From Candidatus Portnoybacteria bacterium RBG_13_40_8 (lineage in GTDB: Bacteria; Patescibacteriota; Minisyncoccia; RBG-13-40-8-A): DNA of 64,000 nt. The notes under the pieces are model-generated. The model was not told where the DNA came from, ran no database searches, and worked only from the letters and a program-made list of their open reading frames with translations. The stretch spans positions 5,797 to 69,796 of the forward strand of contig MHMT01000003.1 in the NCBI GenBank assembly GCA_001819435.1, written 5' to 3'. A program made the position numbers and the translations under genes. Positions 56,399 through 64,000 of the stretch are shown here, piece after piece; within the stretch, counting starts at the first letter, position 1, and the number at the start of each line of letters is the position of its first letter.

Positions 56399-57988
56399 AT
56401 GGACAATAACGATATAACAATTTTTGCCGAGACAAATTTCCGCAACAGGAAAACAAAATTTGGCATTAAAACCGATGATCGCCGACGCCACGTGTATATT
56501 GTGGGAAAAACCGGAACTGGCAAGACCGCCCTCTTGGAGAATATGGCTGTTCAAGATATTCAAAAAGGATATGGTGTGGCGGTTGTTGATCCCCACGGCG
56601 AATTTGCCGAGAAAATGCTTGATTTCGTTCCGTCTAATCGGGTAAATGATGTGGTTTATATTAATCCGGCAGATATCGAACATCCAATCAGTTTTAATAT
56701 TATGGAAAAAGTCGGACCGGAATATCGCCATTTGGTCGCTTCCGGATTAGTCGGTGTTTTCAAAAAAATCTGGTTTGATATGTGGAGCTCCAGAATGGAA
56801 TATATAACCTATAATACTGTTTTAGCTCTTTTGGAATATCCCGGCAGTACATTAATGGGCATTAACAGAATGTTAGCTGACAAGGATTATCGTCAAAGAG
56901 TAGTCGAAAAAATTACCGACCCGACTGTTAAGGGATTTTGGAATAACGAGTTCGCCAAATACCCGGATAGATTCAGGGAAGAAGCAGTGGCGCCAATCCA
57001 GAATAAAATTGGCCAGTTTATTTCCAGTCCTTTAATCAGAAATATTATTGGCCAAGTTAAGTCCTCTATAGATATGAGAAAAATAATAGATGAAGGCAAG
57101 ATTCTGATAGTTAATCTTTCGAAAGGAAGAATAGGGGAGGATGCCAGTAATCTTTTGGGTGCTTTGGTTATAACCAGACTGCAATTAGCCGCCATGACCA
57201 GAGTTGATGTTCCGGAAGAAGAGAGAAGAGATTTCTATCTTTATGTTGATGAATTTCAGAACTTTGCCACTGAAGCTTTTGCCAACATTCTGTCCGAGGC
57301 CAGAAAATACCATCTCTGCTTGATTTTGACTCATCAATATATTGCCCAGCTTGACCAAATGACTGATAAGGGAAAAAGCACCAAGGTGAGAGACGCAGTT
57401 TTTGGCAACGTTGGAACGTTAATTACTTTTCGTGTTGGCGCATCCGATGCCGAATTCCTGGAAAAAGAGTTTGTACCGGAATTTACGATTGACGATTTGG
57501 TTAATTTGGATAAGTATAATATTTATTTGAAATTAATGATTGATGGAGCGGCTTCTCGGGCATTCAGCGCAACCACACTGGCGCCATTTCCCAAACTGGA
57601 AAAGTCATATCGGGATAAAATTATTAAAGCCTCCAGAGAGCACTACAGTGTGCCCAAGAAAGATATTGAAGAAAAGCTGATTAAGTGGAGTGAGTCGGTC
57701 CAACAGGAAGAAGACAAGAAGAAAAAATATGATGCCACTTGTTCTCAGTGCGGAAAAAAGACAAAAGTCGCTTTTCAGCCAGACGGAGTAAGGCCGGTTT
57801 ATTGTCCGGATTGTTTAAGAAAAACAAGAGAGGTGGTAACCAAGCCCGCAACAGAAGCCAAAAAAGAAACGATTTCTTTGGAAGAGGCAATAAAGCAATC
57901 CCCCCAATCTTTTAAAAAGATCAAAAAAGAACCCGATTTAGAGGAAGTCCGTAAAGCAATTGAAGAGGCAATGAAAGAAAAAGAGTAG
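56399..57988 (+). CDS. DUF87/VirD4-TraG-like (HerA-FtsK superfamily) ATPase with C-terminal CxxC-x17-CxxC domain
   Basis: GKTGTGKT, DPHGE, YVDEFQNF, SEARKY, HQYIAQL; CSQC..VAFQPDGVRPVYCPDC. Confidence 0.85.
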   Translation: MDNNDITIFAETNFRNRKTKFGIKTDDRRRHVYIVGKTGTGKTALLENMAVQDIQKGYGVAVVDPHGEFAEKMLDFVPSNRVNDVVYINPADIEHPISFNIMEKVGPEYRHLVASGLVGVFKKIWFDMWSSRMEYITYNTVLALLEYPGSTLMGINRMLADKDYRQRVVEKITDPTVKGFWNNEFAKYPDRFREEAVAPIQNKIGQFISSPLIRNIIGQVKSSIDMRKIIDEGKILIVNLSKGRIGEDASNLLGALVITRLQLAAMTRVDVPEEERRDFYLYVDEFQNFATEAFANILSEARKYHLCLILTHQYIAQLDQMTDKGKSTKVRDAVFGNVGTLITFRVGASDAEFLEKEFVPEFTIDDLVNLDKYNIYLKLMIDGAASRAFSATTLAPFPKLEKSYRDKIIKASREHYSVPKKDIEEKLIKWSESVQQEEDKKKKYDATCSQCGKKTKVAFQPDGVRPVYCPDCLRKTREVVTKPATEAKKETISLEEAIKQSPQSFKKIKKEPDLEEVRKAIEEAMKEKE

Positions 57989-57990
57989 AT

Positions 57991-58018
57991 GGTATTTGGT
58001 ATTCAGTATTCAGTATTT
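57991..58018. repeat. Heptamer tandem repeat (RGTATTY)x4
   Basis: ggtattt ggtattc agtattc agtattt. Confidence 0.65.
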
Positions 58019-58023
58019 AACAT

Positions 58024-58055
58024 ATTGCTATTGAATTTTCAGTAGCAATTTTTTT
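58024..58055 (+). terminator. Intrinsic terminator
   Basis: attgctattgaa-tt-ttcagtagcaat followed by a T-tract. Confidence 0.65.
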
Positions 58056-58080
58056 ATAAAAGTGATATTATTAAGGAGGT

Positions 58081-59439
58081 ATGAAAAATTTGGAAGAAAT
58101 TCGAAAAAATCGGCTGAAAAAGTTGGCCAATTTGATAAAAGCCGGGATTAATCCCTATCCGGCCGAGGTTTTGCGTACTCATACCAATCAGGAAGCGCTG
58201 GATAATTTTAATAAATTACAAAATAAGAAAATCATTTTAGTCGGTCGAATTCGTTCAATCAGAGAACACGGCGGCTCGACTTTTTTTAATATAGAAGACG
58301 AGACAACACAGATTCAGGCATATTTGAAAAAAGATGAGGCGGGAGACAAGAATTATAAATTATTTTTGGAAAATATCGATATTGGAGACTTTGTTGAACT
58401 TGGTGGCATTTTGTTCAAAACCAAAAAAGGCGAGAAGACGGTCAAAGTTTCTAAATGGCGAATCATTGGTAAATCACTTTTGCCTTTACCGAGCGAATGG
58501 TATGGCTTGGAGGATATTGAGGAAAGATTCAGAAAAAGATATTTGGATTTGATTTTAAACAAAGAAATTCGGGATAAATTTATCAAACGTTCGGAAATTA
58601 TCAAGAAAATCCGAAAATTTTTGGACGAAAACGGATTCTTGGAAGTGGAAACTCCGATGTTACAGACAATAGCCGGTGGCACTATTGCCCGTCCTTTCAA
58701 AACCCATCTTAATGCTTTGGATATGGATTTATATTTGCGAATCGCGCCTGAACTTTATTTGAAAAGATTATTGGTTGCCGGATTTGAAAAAGTTTATGAA
58801 TTGAACCGTAATTTCCGAAATGAAGGCATGGACAGGGAGCATAATCCGGAATTTACCATGCTTGAATTTTACGCTGCTTATTGGGATTATCAACAAATGA
58901 TGGATTTTACCGAGAAATTATTGAAATCTTTGGATAATAAAGTTTTCGGAAAAAAGTTCGAGCGCGTTGAGTATGATAAGTTGATTCACCCCGTTAAATC
59001 CCGCAAAGCGGGAGCTGCGAAGCAGCAATTTAACGGGGCAAGCGATAAAGAAGCTTTTGCCAAAATTAAAGCACCGACATTTGTCATAAATCATCCAGTA
59101 GAAATCTCACCCTTAGCCAAGAAATTAGATAATAGTTCCAAAAAAGTAGCCAGATTTCAGCTAATTGCCGATGGCCTCGAAATCGCCAATGGTTGGTCGG
59201 AAATCAATAGCCCGCTTGACCAGGCAGAAAGATTTGAAGCCCAGGAAATAAAGAGGAAAAAAGGCGACCAGGAAGCGCATCAATATGATAAAGATTATAT
59301 TGAAGCCTTGGAATATGGTATGCCGCCAGCCGCCGGAATCGGCATCGGCATCGACAGATTGGCGGTTTTGTTAACCAATTCTAAAACATTAAGGGAAATA
59401 ATTTTATTCCCCACAATGAGACCGAAGAGTAATAAATAG
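58081..59439 (+). CDS. lysS: Lysyl-tRNA synthetase (class II)
   Basis: RKRYLDL, EVETPML, YLRIAPELYLKRL, FRNEG..HNPEF, YGMPP..GIGIDRL. Confidence 0.97.
   Translation: MKNLEEIRKNRLKKLANLIKAGINPYPAEVLRTHTNQEALDNFNKLQNKKIILVGRIRSIREHGGSTFFNIEDETTQIQAYLKKDEAGDKNYKLFLENIDIGDFVELGGILFKTKKGEKTVKVSKWRIIGKSLLPLPSEWYGLEDIEERFRKRYLDLILNKEIRDKFIKRSEIIKKIRKFLDENGFLEVETPMLQTIAGGTIARPFKTHLNALDMDLYLRIAPELYLKRLLVAGFEKVYELNRNFRNEGMDREHNPEFTMLEFYAAYWDYQQMMDFTEKLLKSLDNKVFGKKFERVEYDKLIHPVKSRKAGAAKQQFNGASDKEAFAKIKAPTFVINHPVEISPLAKKLDNSSKKVARFQLIADGLEIANGWSEINSPLDQAERFEAQEIKRKKGDQEAHQYDKDYIEALEYGMPPAAGIGIGIDRLAVLLTNSKTLREIILFPTMRPKSNK
58985..59041. repeat. Branched palindromic element inserted in-frame in lysS
   Basis: Outer stem ccccgttaaat/atttaacgggg enclosing cccgc-aaa-gcggg and gctgc-gaa-gcagc. 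Confidence 0.88.
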
Positions 59440-59578
59440 CTCAGATTTATTTTACATGTCGACACGTGTCGCCGCTTCCAGCGAAGCGTCGCACTAATTC
59501 TCGGCCAAAATTTTGCCTTCGGCAAAAACCATGCTTTTGGCCTCCGAAATTGTCTCAGTGTAAAACAAATCTTCGCTA
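59437..59578. mobile_element. MITE/REP-like structured intergenic element
   Basis: 20-bp terminal inverted repeats (17/20 match) enclosing several GC-rich hairpins. Confidence 0.6.
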
Positions 59579-59584
59579 AAAGTT

Positions 59585-60166
59585 ATGAATAGAGAAGAAG
59601 GACTAAAATTAGTTCAGGAAAAAATTCAGAACCAGAATTTAGTAAAACATTGTCTGGCAACAGAGGTATGTATGAGAGAATTGGCGAAACATTTTGCAAA
59701 AGACCCCTCGACTTCGCTCGGGGCAGGAGACCTGGAAAAATGGGGATTGACTGGATTGCTTCACGATATTGATTACGAAGAAACAAAAAATGACCCGGAT
59801 AAACATTCTATTCTGGCCGCGGAAATTTTGGAAAAAGCAGGATTAGAAAAAGATATTGTCGATGCAGTAAAAACCCATAACGAAAGACACGGCATTGCGC
59901 CGGAATCCAAAATGGCAAAAGCCATATTTACGGTTGATCCCTTGACTGGCTTGATTGTTGCCGCAACTTTGGTTTTGCCGTCTAAAAAAATTGCTGATTT
60001 GACCGCGGAAAACGTTATTAATCGCTTCGGAGAAAAAAGTTTTGCCAAAGGCGCCAATCGGGAAATTATTTCCCAATGCCAGGAATTATTAGATATAAAT
60101 TTAAAAGAATTTATAGAAATTGGGCTAAAAGCAATGCAGGGTATTAGTGGAGATCTTGGCTTATAA
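59585..60166 (+). CDS. HD/HDIG domain protein
   Basis: NLVKHCLA, GLLHDIDYE, H..LAAEIL, DPLTGLI, KSFAKG. Confidence 0.9.
   Translation: MNREEGLKLVQEKIQNQNLVKHCLATEVCMRELAKHFAKDPSTSLGAGDLEKWGLTGLLHDIDYEETKNDPDKHSILAAEILEKAGLEKDIVDAVKTHNERHGIAPESKMAKAIFTVDPLTGLIVAATLVLPSKKIADLTAENVINRFGEKSFAKGANREIISQCQELLDINLKEFIEIGLKAMQGISGDLGL
59701..59732. repeat. REP-like mini-element inserted in-frame in the HD gene
   Basis: AGACC-cctcgacttcgctcggggcagg-AGACC, encoding DPSTSLGAGD. Confidence 0.72.
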
Positions 60167-60174
60167 GTTCAAAT

Positions 60175-60268
60175 TTCAAAACTCAAACTATTTCAAATCA
60201 AGTTCAAATGACTAAACTTTTAAACATTCGGTTTTCGGGATTTGATTTGGAATAATTTGGATTTTGAG
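60175..60268. repeat. Imperfect inverted repeat built from TCAAA/TTTGA units
   Basis: ttcaaaactcaaactatttcaaatcaagtt pairs with gatttgatttggaataatttggattttgag. Confidence 0.6.
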
Positions 60269-60288
60269 ATAATTTGGATTTTAAATAT

Positions 60289-61509
60289 ATGATAGACATT
60301 AAACTTCTAAGAGACAATCCGGAAAAAGTGAAAAAAGCTTGCGAGAATAAGCAAGTTAAAATTGACATTGATAAAATCTTGGAATTGGACAAAAAGAAAA
60401 GGGGATTGATTCAGGAAATTGAGGGAATGAAAGCGGAACAAAAGAAACTGGGAAAAGATAAAATAGAAAAAGCAAAAGAATTAAAAGAAAAAATCAAAAA
60501 ACTTGAGCCGGATTTGAAAAAAGCGGAAAAAGAATTTAATGAATTATTTTTGCAGATTCCCAATTTACCCTTGGATGATGTGCCGGTCGGGAAAGGCGAA
60601 TCGGAAAATAAAATTATCAGAGAGATTGGCAAGAAGCCGAAATTCAGTTTTAAGCCGAAAGATTATATGGAACTGGCCAAATGCGACGATATTATTGACA
60701 TGGAAAGAGCGGCCAAGGTTTCTGGAGCCCGATTCGGATATTTGAAGGGCGGAGCAGTTTATTTGGAATTTGCCTTAATTCAATTGGCTTTCAATACTTT
60801 GGTTAAAGAAGGATTTTGCCCGGTGATTCCGCCAGTAATGATAAAAACCGAAATGATGAAAGCTATGGGTTATACGGAGAGAGGTAGTGAGGAAATTTAT
60901 CAATTTCTTAAAGATAATTTAGTTTTAGTCGGTACTTCAGAGCAGTCAATCGGTCCAATGCACGCTGGCGAGGTTTTTAATGAAAAAGAATTGCCCAAAA
61001 GATATGTGGCTTTTTCACCATGTTTCAGGCGAGAGGCGGGTTCTTACGGTAAAGACACCAAAGGAATTTTCAGGGTGCATCAGTTTTATAAAGTAGAGAT
61101 GTTCAGTTTTTGCCATCCGGAAAAATCCAAGCAAGAACACCAGTTTTTCCTGAAAATGGAGGAGAAATTAATGTGGGTATTAAAAATTCCCTACCGCGTG
61201 GTAGAGATGTGTACCGGTGATTTAGGCGATCCTGCTGCGGCAAAATACGATATTGAAGCCTGGTTGCCGAGCGAAAATCGTTATCGGGAAACCCACTCAA
61301 CCTCAAATTGCACCGACTTTCAAGCTCGAAGATTGAATATCAGATATAAAGCAAAAGACGGGAAAATGAATTTCGTGCACACTTTAAACGGCACGGCTTT
61401 TGCTACGGGCAGAATAATTATCGCGATTTTAGAAAATTATCAGCAAAAAGACGGAAGCATAAAAATTCCAGCTGCTTTACAGAAATATACAAAAATGAAA
61501 GAAATATGA
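60289..61509 (+). CDS. serS: Seryl-tRNA synthetase
   Basis: MIDIKLLR, GTSEQ, CFRREAGSYGKDTKG..RVHQF.KVE, SNCTDFQARRL, HTLNGT. Confidence 0.97.
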   Translation: MIDIKLLRDNPEKVKKACENKQVKIDIDKILELDKKKRGLIQEIEGMKAEQKKLGKDKIEKAKELKEKIKKLEPDLKKAEKEFNELFLQIPNLPLDDVPVGKGESENKIIREIGKKPKFSFKPKDYMELAKCDDIIDMERAAKVSGARFGYLKGGAVYLEFALIQLAFNTLVKEGFCPVIPPVMIKTEMMKAMGYTERGSEEIYQFLKDNLVLVGTSEQSIGPMHAGEVFNEKELPKRYVAFSPCFRREAGSYGKDTKGIFRVHQFYKVEMFSFCHPEKSKQEHQFFLKMEEKLMWVLKIPYRVVEMCTGDLGDPAAAKYDIEAWLPSENRYRETHSTSNCTDFQARRLNIRYKAKDGKMNFVHTLNGTAFATGRIIIAILENYQQKDGSIKIPAALQKYTKMKEI

Positions 61510-62285
61510 AAGCGGTTTATTATCGGAAAAGAAAAAAGAAGAAAATTAGGGGACTGATATTTATAATTTGTCTCTTTTTTTTAATTTTAGCCGGGATATT
61601 CTTTGTTCTATTTCGATTTAAAATAAAGACAATAGAGATTTCCGGCAATAGAGAAATAGGTACAGAAGAGGTTAGAAGTGTTTTAAATTATAAAAATATT
61701 TTTTCCGCTACCGAAGATAAAATAAGAAATGATTTATTTAAAAAATTCCCCCAAATTTTAGAATTGGAGGTAATTAGAGACATGGCAAAAAGAGGAATCG
61801 AAATTAAGATAAAGGAAAGAGAAGAATTTGGGATTATTTGCCGGGCGGCAAAAATAAAACAAGAAAATATTGAGATAGATCAGACCCAAAATTGTTTTTA
61901 TATTGATAAAAATGGAGTTATTTTTAAAGACGCGCCCCAAACCAGCGGTTCCTTGGTAATACTGATAAAAGATTACTCGAACAGAGATTACAAACTCGGA
62001 GAGAAAATTTTTGAAGAAAAAATAATGAATTTTATTTCAGAAACAAAGGATTTTTTGTCTTCCGAAGTTGATTTGAAGATTGTTGATTTTAATATTCTAT
62101 CTTTTCCGCCGGATGACTTAAAAGTTGTTATTGACGAAGGATGGTATATTTTCTTCAATTTACAAAAAGAGGCCGGAGACCAGCTCACGGCCCTAAAAGC
62201 GGTTTTAGATGAAAAAATAAAAGATAAGAGGAACGAATTGGAGTATATAGATTTAACAATTGAGAATAGGGTGTATTACAAATAA
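61506..62285 (+). CDS. ftsQ: Cell division protein FtsQ/DivIB-like
   Basis: Basic N-terminus plus TM, POTRA-like FKIKTIEISGN, IKER, EYIDL..NRVYYK. Confidence 0.72.
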   Translation: MKAVYYRKRKKKKIRGLIFIICLFFLILAGIFFVLFRFKIKTIEISGNREIGTEEVRSVLNYKNIFSATEDKIRNDLFKKFPQILELEVIRDMAKRGIEIKIKEREEFGIICRAAKIKQENIEIDQTQNCFYIDKNGVIFKDAPQTSGSLVILIKDYSNRDYKLGEKIFEEKIMNFISETKDFLSSEVDLKIVDFNILSFPPDDLKVVIDEGWYIFFNLQKEAGDQLTALKAVLDEKIKDKRNELEYIDLTIENRVYYK

Positions 62286-64000
62286 CTAAGGAATATAGTA
62301 TACAAAAATTGAATTGCCGATGACCGTGACTGGTTGGTAGCGATCGAGCCACATATAAAAATCAGTCTGTTTACTGAAACCTTTTGTCGGGACAGCTTGG
62401 TTCTGCTGTTTGAAAGTGGCGGAGATTGCCAGCCAACTGCCCCTGGCTTCTTTGGGATCGCGATCTGCCCACCAACGTTCAAATTTATCGCCTAAATAGT
62501 ATTCAGCCGTTGCTCCACCAAAATAATCGACTTTAATTTTTCTGATTTGTTGCTCGTCAACCCATTTGGCGAGTCTTTTTAAATCTTGCCCCCAATCAAG
62601 GTTAGAATCGGTGACATAAATATAACCGTTTTTTGCTCCGCCAATTATTTCATTAAAATGAGTTAAATAGTAAGGAAAAATATTCAAGGACGATAAGACA
62701 TACCAAAAAAGCAGAAATCCAACAAGAATTTTTATATAAGTTGCTTTTTGGGTATTTTTAACATATTCAAAAATTCTTTTAATTTGCCCCGAAATAAGAA
62801 TATAGACAAACGGAAAAGTCGGTAAAATATGGCGAACACCGATATTTAAGTTGCTTCTGATGCTTACGAACCAATAAACAGCCAAAAATATAAGCATAGC
62901 GATTTCAGGAAAATACTTTTTCAATATCGGGCCAAATGAGCTAAAAATCCTACGAGTGAAACCTTTCGGAACTTGCCAGGCCAAGAACAACAAGGCAATA
63001 ATAGTAAAAATATGAAGAGCCAGAGGCGGCTTTATTGCATAGACAATGGGAAAATAACTGAACCAACCCACATTATTTACCTCTCCCAAAAAATAGGTCG
63101 TATTTCCGCCAGTCGCTCTTTGAAAAACCATAAATAATCCAAGCAGATATTGGGCATAGGGTCTCAGTATTGGTTTTTTGACTATCCAGTCAACCAGTTT
63201 AGCCGCTGGTCGGAATGGAAAATGAGATGAGTGATATTGGGTATCGGAAATCTGTTTTTCAGCCGGATAACCGGCAACATGGAAAAGATAAATCGGATAA
63301 ACCAGAACATAACCGATAATCATTATTAGGGCAAATTTTAGACAATAATTTATAAGGGGCTTTAATAGATTTTTATTTTCGCGCCATTTAATATAAATCC
63401 AGATTAAAATTAAAAGACCGAAATAGGGGACGAGCAAGAATAAAGAAAATTTAATCAATTGAGCTAAGCCGAAAAATATTCCGGCTAAAATAAGATTCTT
63501 TTTGGTCGGTAATTGTAACCATTTTACAAAAAAATAGATAGCAATAAAGAAAGCCGCGGCCGCACCGACATCGGTAGTGACGTATCTTCCGTGGGCAATA
63601 AAAGTCGGAGAAAAAGAAAACAGAAAAATAGCGAATAAGGCTGGCCATTTACCGTATAATTCTTTTGTCCATTTATAAATAAAAAAGCCCAAAGCAATCA
63701 GGAGTAAAAGCATGGGCAAGCGGGACCAGAATATAATTTTATCGGCGTCATTATTGGAATAATATAAAAAAGAAAATCCAAAGTCCCATTGACTGTTAAC
63801 TTCGTCTTTCCAGGATTTAAGCTGAGAAGGAAAATTTATACCATTGATAAATAAAAGAGGAATGGCCGAAAGGTCTTTCAAAAGAGGTGGATGTTCGGGA
63901 TTAAGACGCATATCCTGCTGGGTTAAATATGAATAACCGGCCGGAATATGAGCCACTTCATCCATAATCGCCGATTCCTGTTTTTGGGAAATCGTAGCTA
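62286..64000 (-). CDS. GT-C glycosyltransferase family 39 / PMT-ArnT-like; 5' end beyond window
   Basis: MDE..HI.AGYSY, NPEHPPL.K, many TM helices, NIGVRH, DSNLDWGQD; frame open to the window edge. Confidence 0.85.
   Translation of the reverse strand, partial: ATISQKQESAIMDEVAHIPAGYSYLTQQDMRLNPEHPPLLKDLSAIPLLFINGINFPSQLKSWKDEVNSQWDFGFSFLYYSNNDADKIIFWSRLPMLLLLIALGFFIYKWTKELYGKWPALFAIFLFSFSPTFIAHGRYVTTDVGAAAAFFIAIYFFVKWLQLPTKKNLILAGIFFGLAQLIKFSLFLLVPYFGLLILIWIYIKWRENKNLLKPLINYCLKFALIMIIGYVLVYPIYLFHVAGYPAEKQISDTQYHSSHFPFRPAAKLVDWIVKKPILRPYAQYLLGLFMVFQRATGGNTTYFLGEVNNVGWFSYFPIVYAIKPPLALHIFTIIALLFLAWQVPKGFTRRIFSSFGPILKKYFPEIAMLIFLAVYWFVSIRSNLNIGVRHILPTFPFVYILISGQIKRIFEYVKNTQKATYIKILVGFLLFWYVLSSLNIFPYYLTHFNEIIGGAKNGYIYVTDSNLDWGQDLKRLAKWVDEQQIRKIKVDYFGGATAEYYLGDKFERWWADRDPKEARGSWLAISATFKQQNQAVPTKGFSKQTDFYMWLDRYQPVTVIGNSIFVYYIP

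Noticed and set aside
57991-60283. CRISPR array among the short repeats
   Set aside because: No regularly spaced 23-47 bp repeats with unique spacers, and no cas genes
1958-63648. Numerous 60-150 aa ORFs antisense to or overlapping long genes in the ORF track
   Set aside because: They are shadows of well-supported genes, with no motifs or independent expression signals

Overview
AT-rich bacterial chromosome segment. Gene content points to Patescibacteria/CPR (Parcubacteria-like); this is an inference from the compact SecA and LysS, the sigma70-r4/HARE-HTH gene and the DUF87/VirD4-like ATPase with a CxxC-x17-CxxC tail. Positions 1-45.8 kb are one very large surface-glycan locus. It holds GT4/GT2 glycosyltransferases, six cobalamin-dependent radical SAM enzymes, SAM methyltransferases, two amidotransferases and two neuA/neuB/neuC nonulosonic-acid sets plus a degenerate third NeuB. 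It also holds an ABC flippase, an initiating sugar transferase, an O-antigen-ligase/TPR protein and a phosphonate cassette. That cassette (cytidylyltransferase-PepM fusion, Ppd, Fe-ADH, B12 radical SAM) matches the enzyme families of the first fosfomycin steps and shares an operon with a TagF-like phosphotransferase. Positions 46-64 kb are mostly housekeeping genes (secA, secD, secF, lysS, serS, ftsQ-like, GT39). Non-coding structure read from the DNA: (i) three progressively degenerate copies of the secA 3' end separate a NUDIX gene, a small-RNA-like unit and vanX, suggesting an integrase-free cassette array, and a similar relic series flanks radical SAM cassettes at 7.1-12.3 kb; (ii) three different GC-rich palindromic mini-elements are inserted in-frame in asnB, lysS and an HD gene; (iii) three ORF-less promoter-hairpin-terminator units; (iv) a MITE-like element; (v) 10-bp-period direct repeats over the promoter of a BldC/Xis-like HTH gene heading the 25-kb operon. 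No rRNA, tRNA, CRISPR array, integrase or transposase was recognised.
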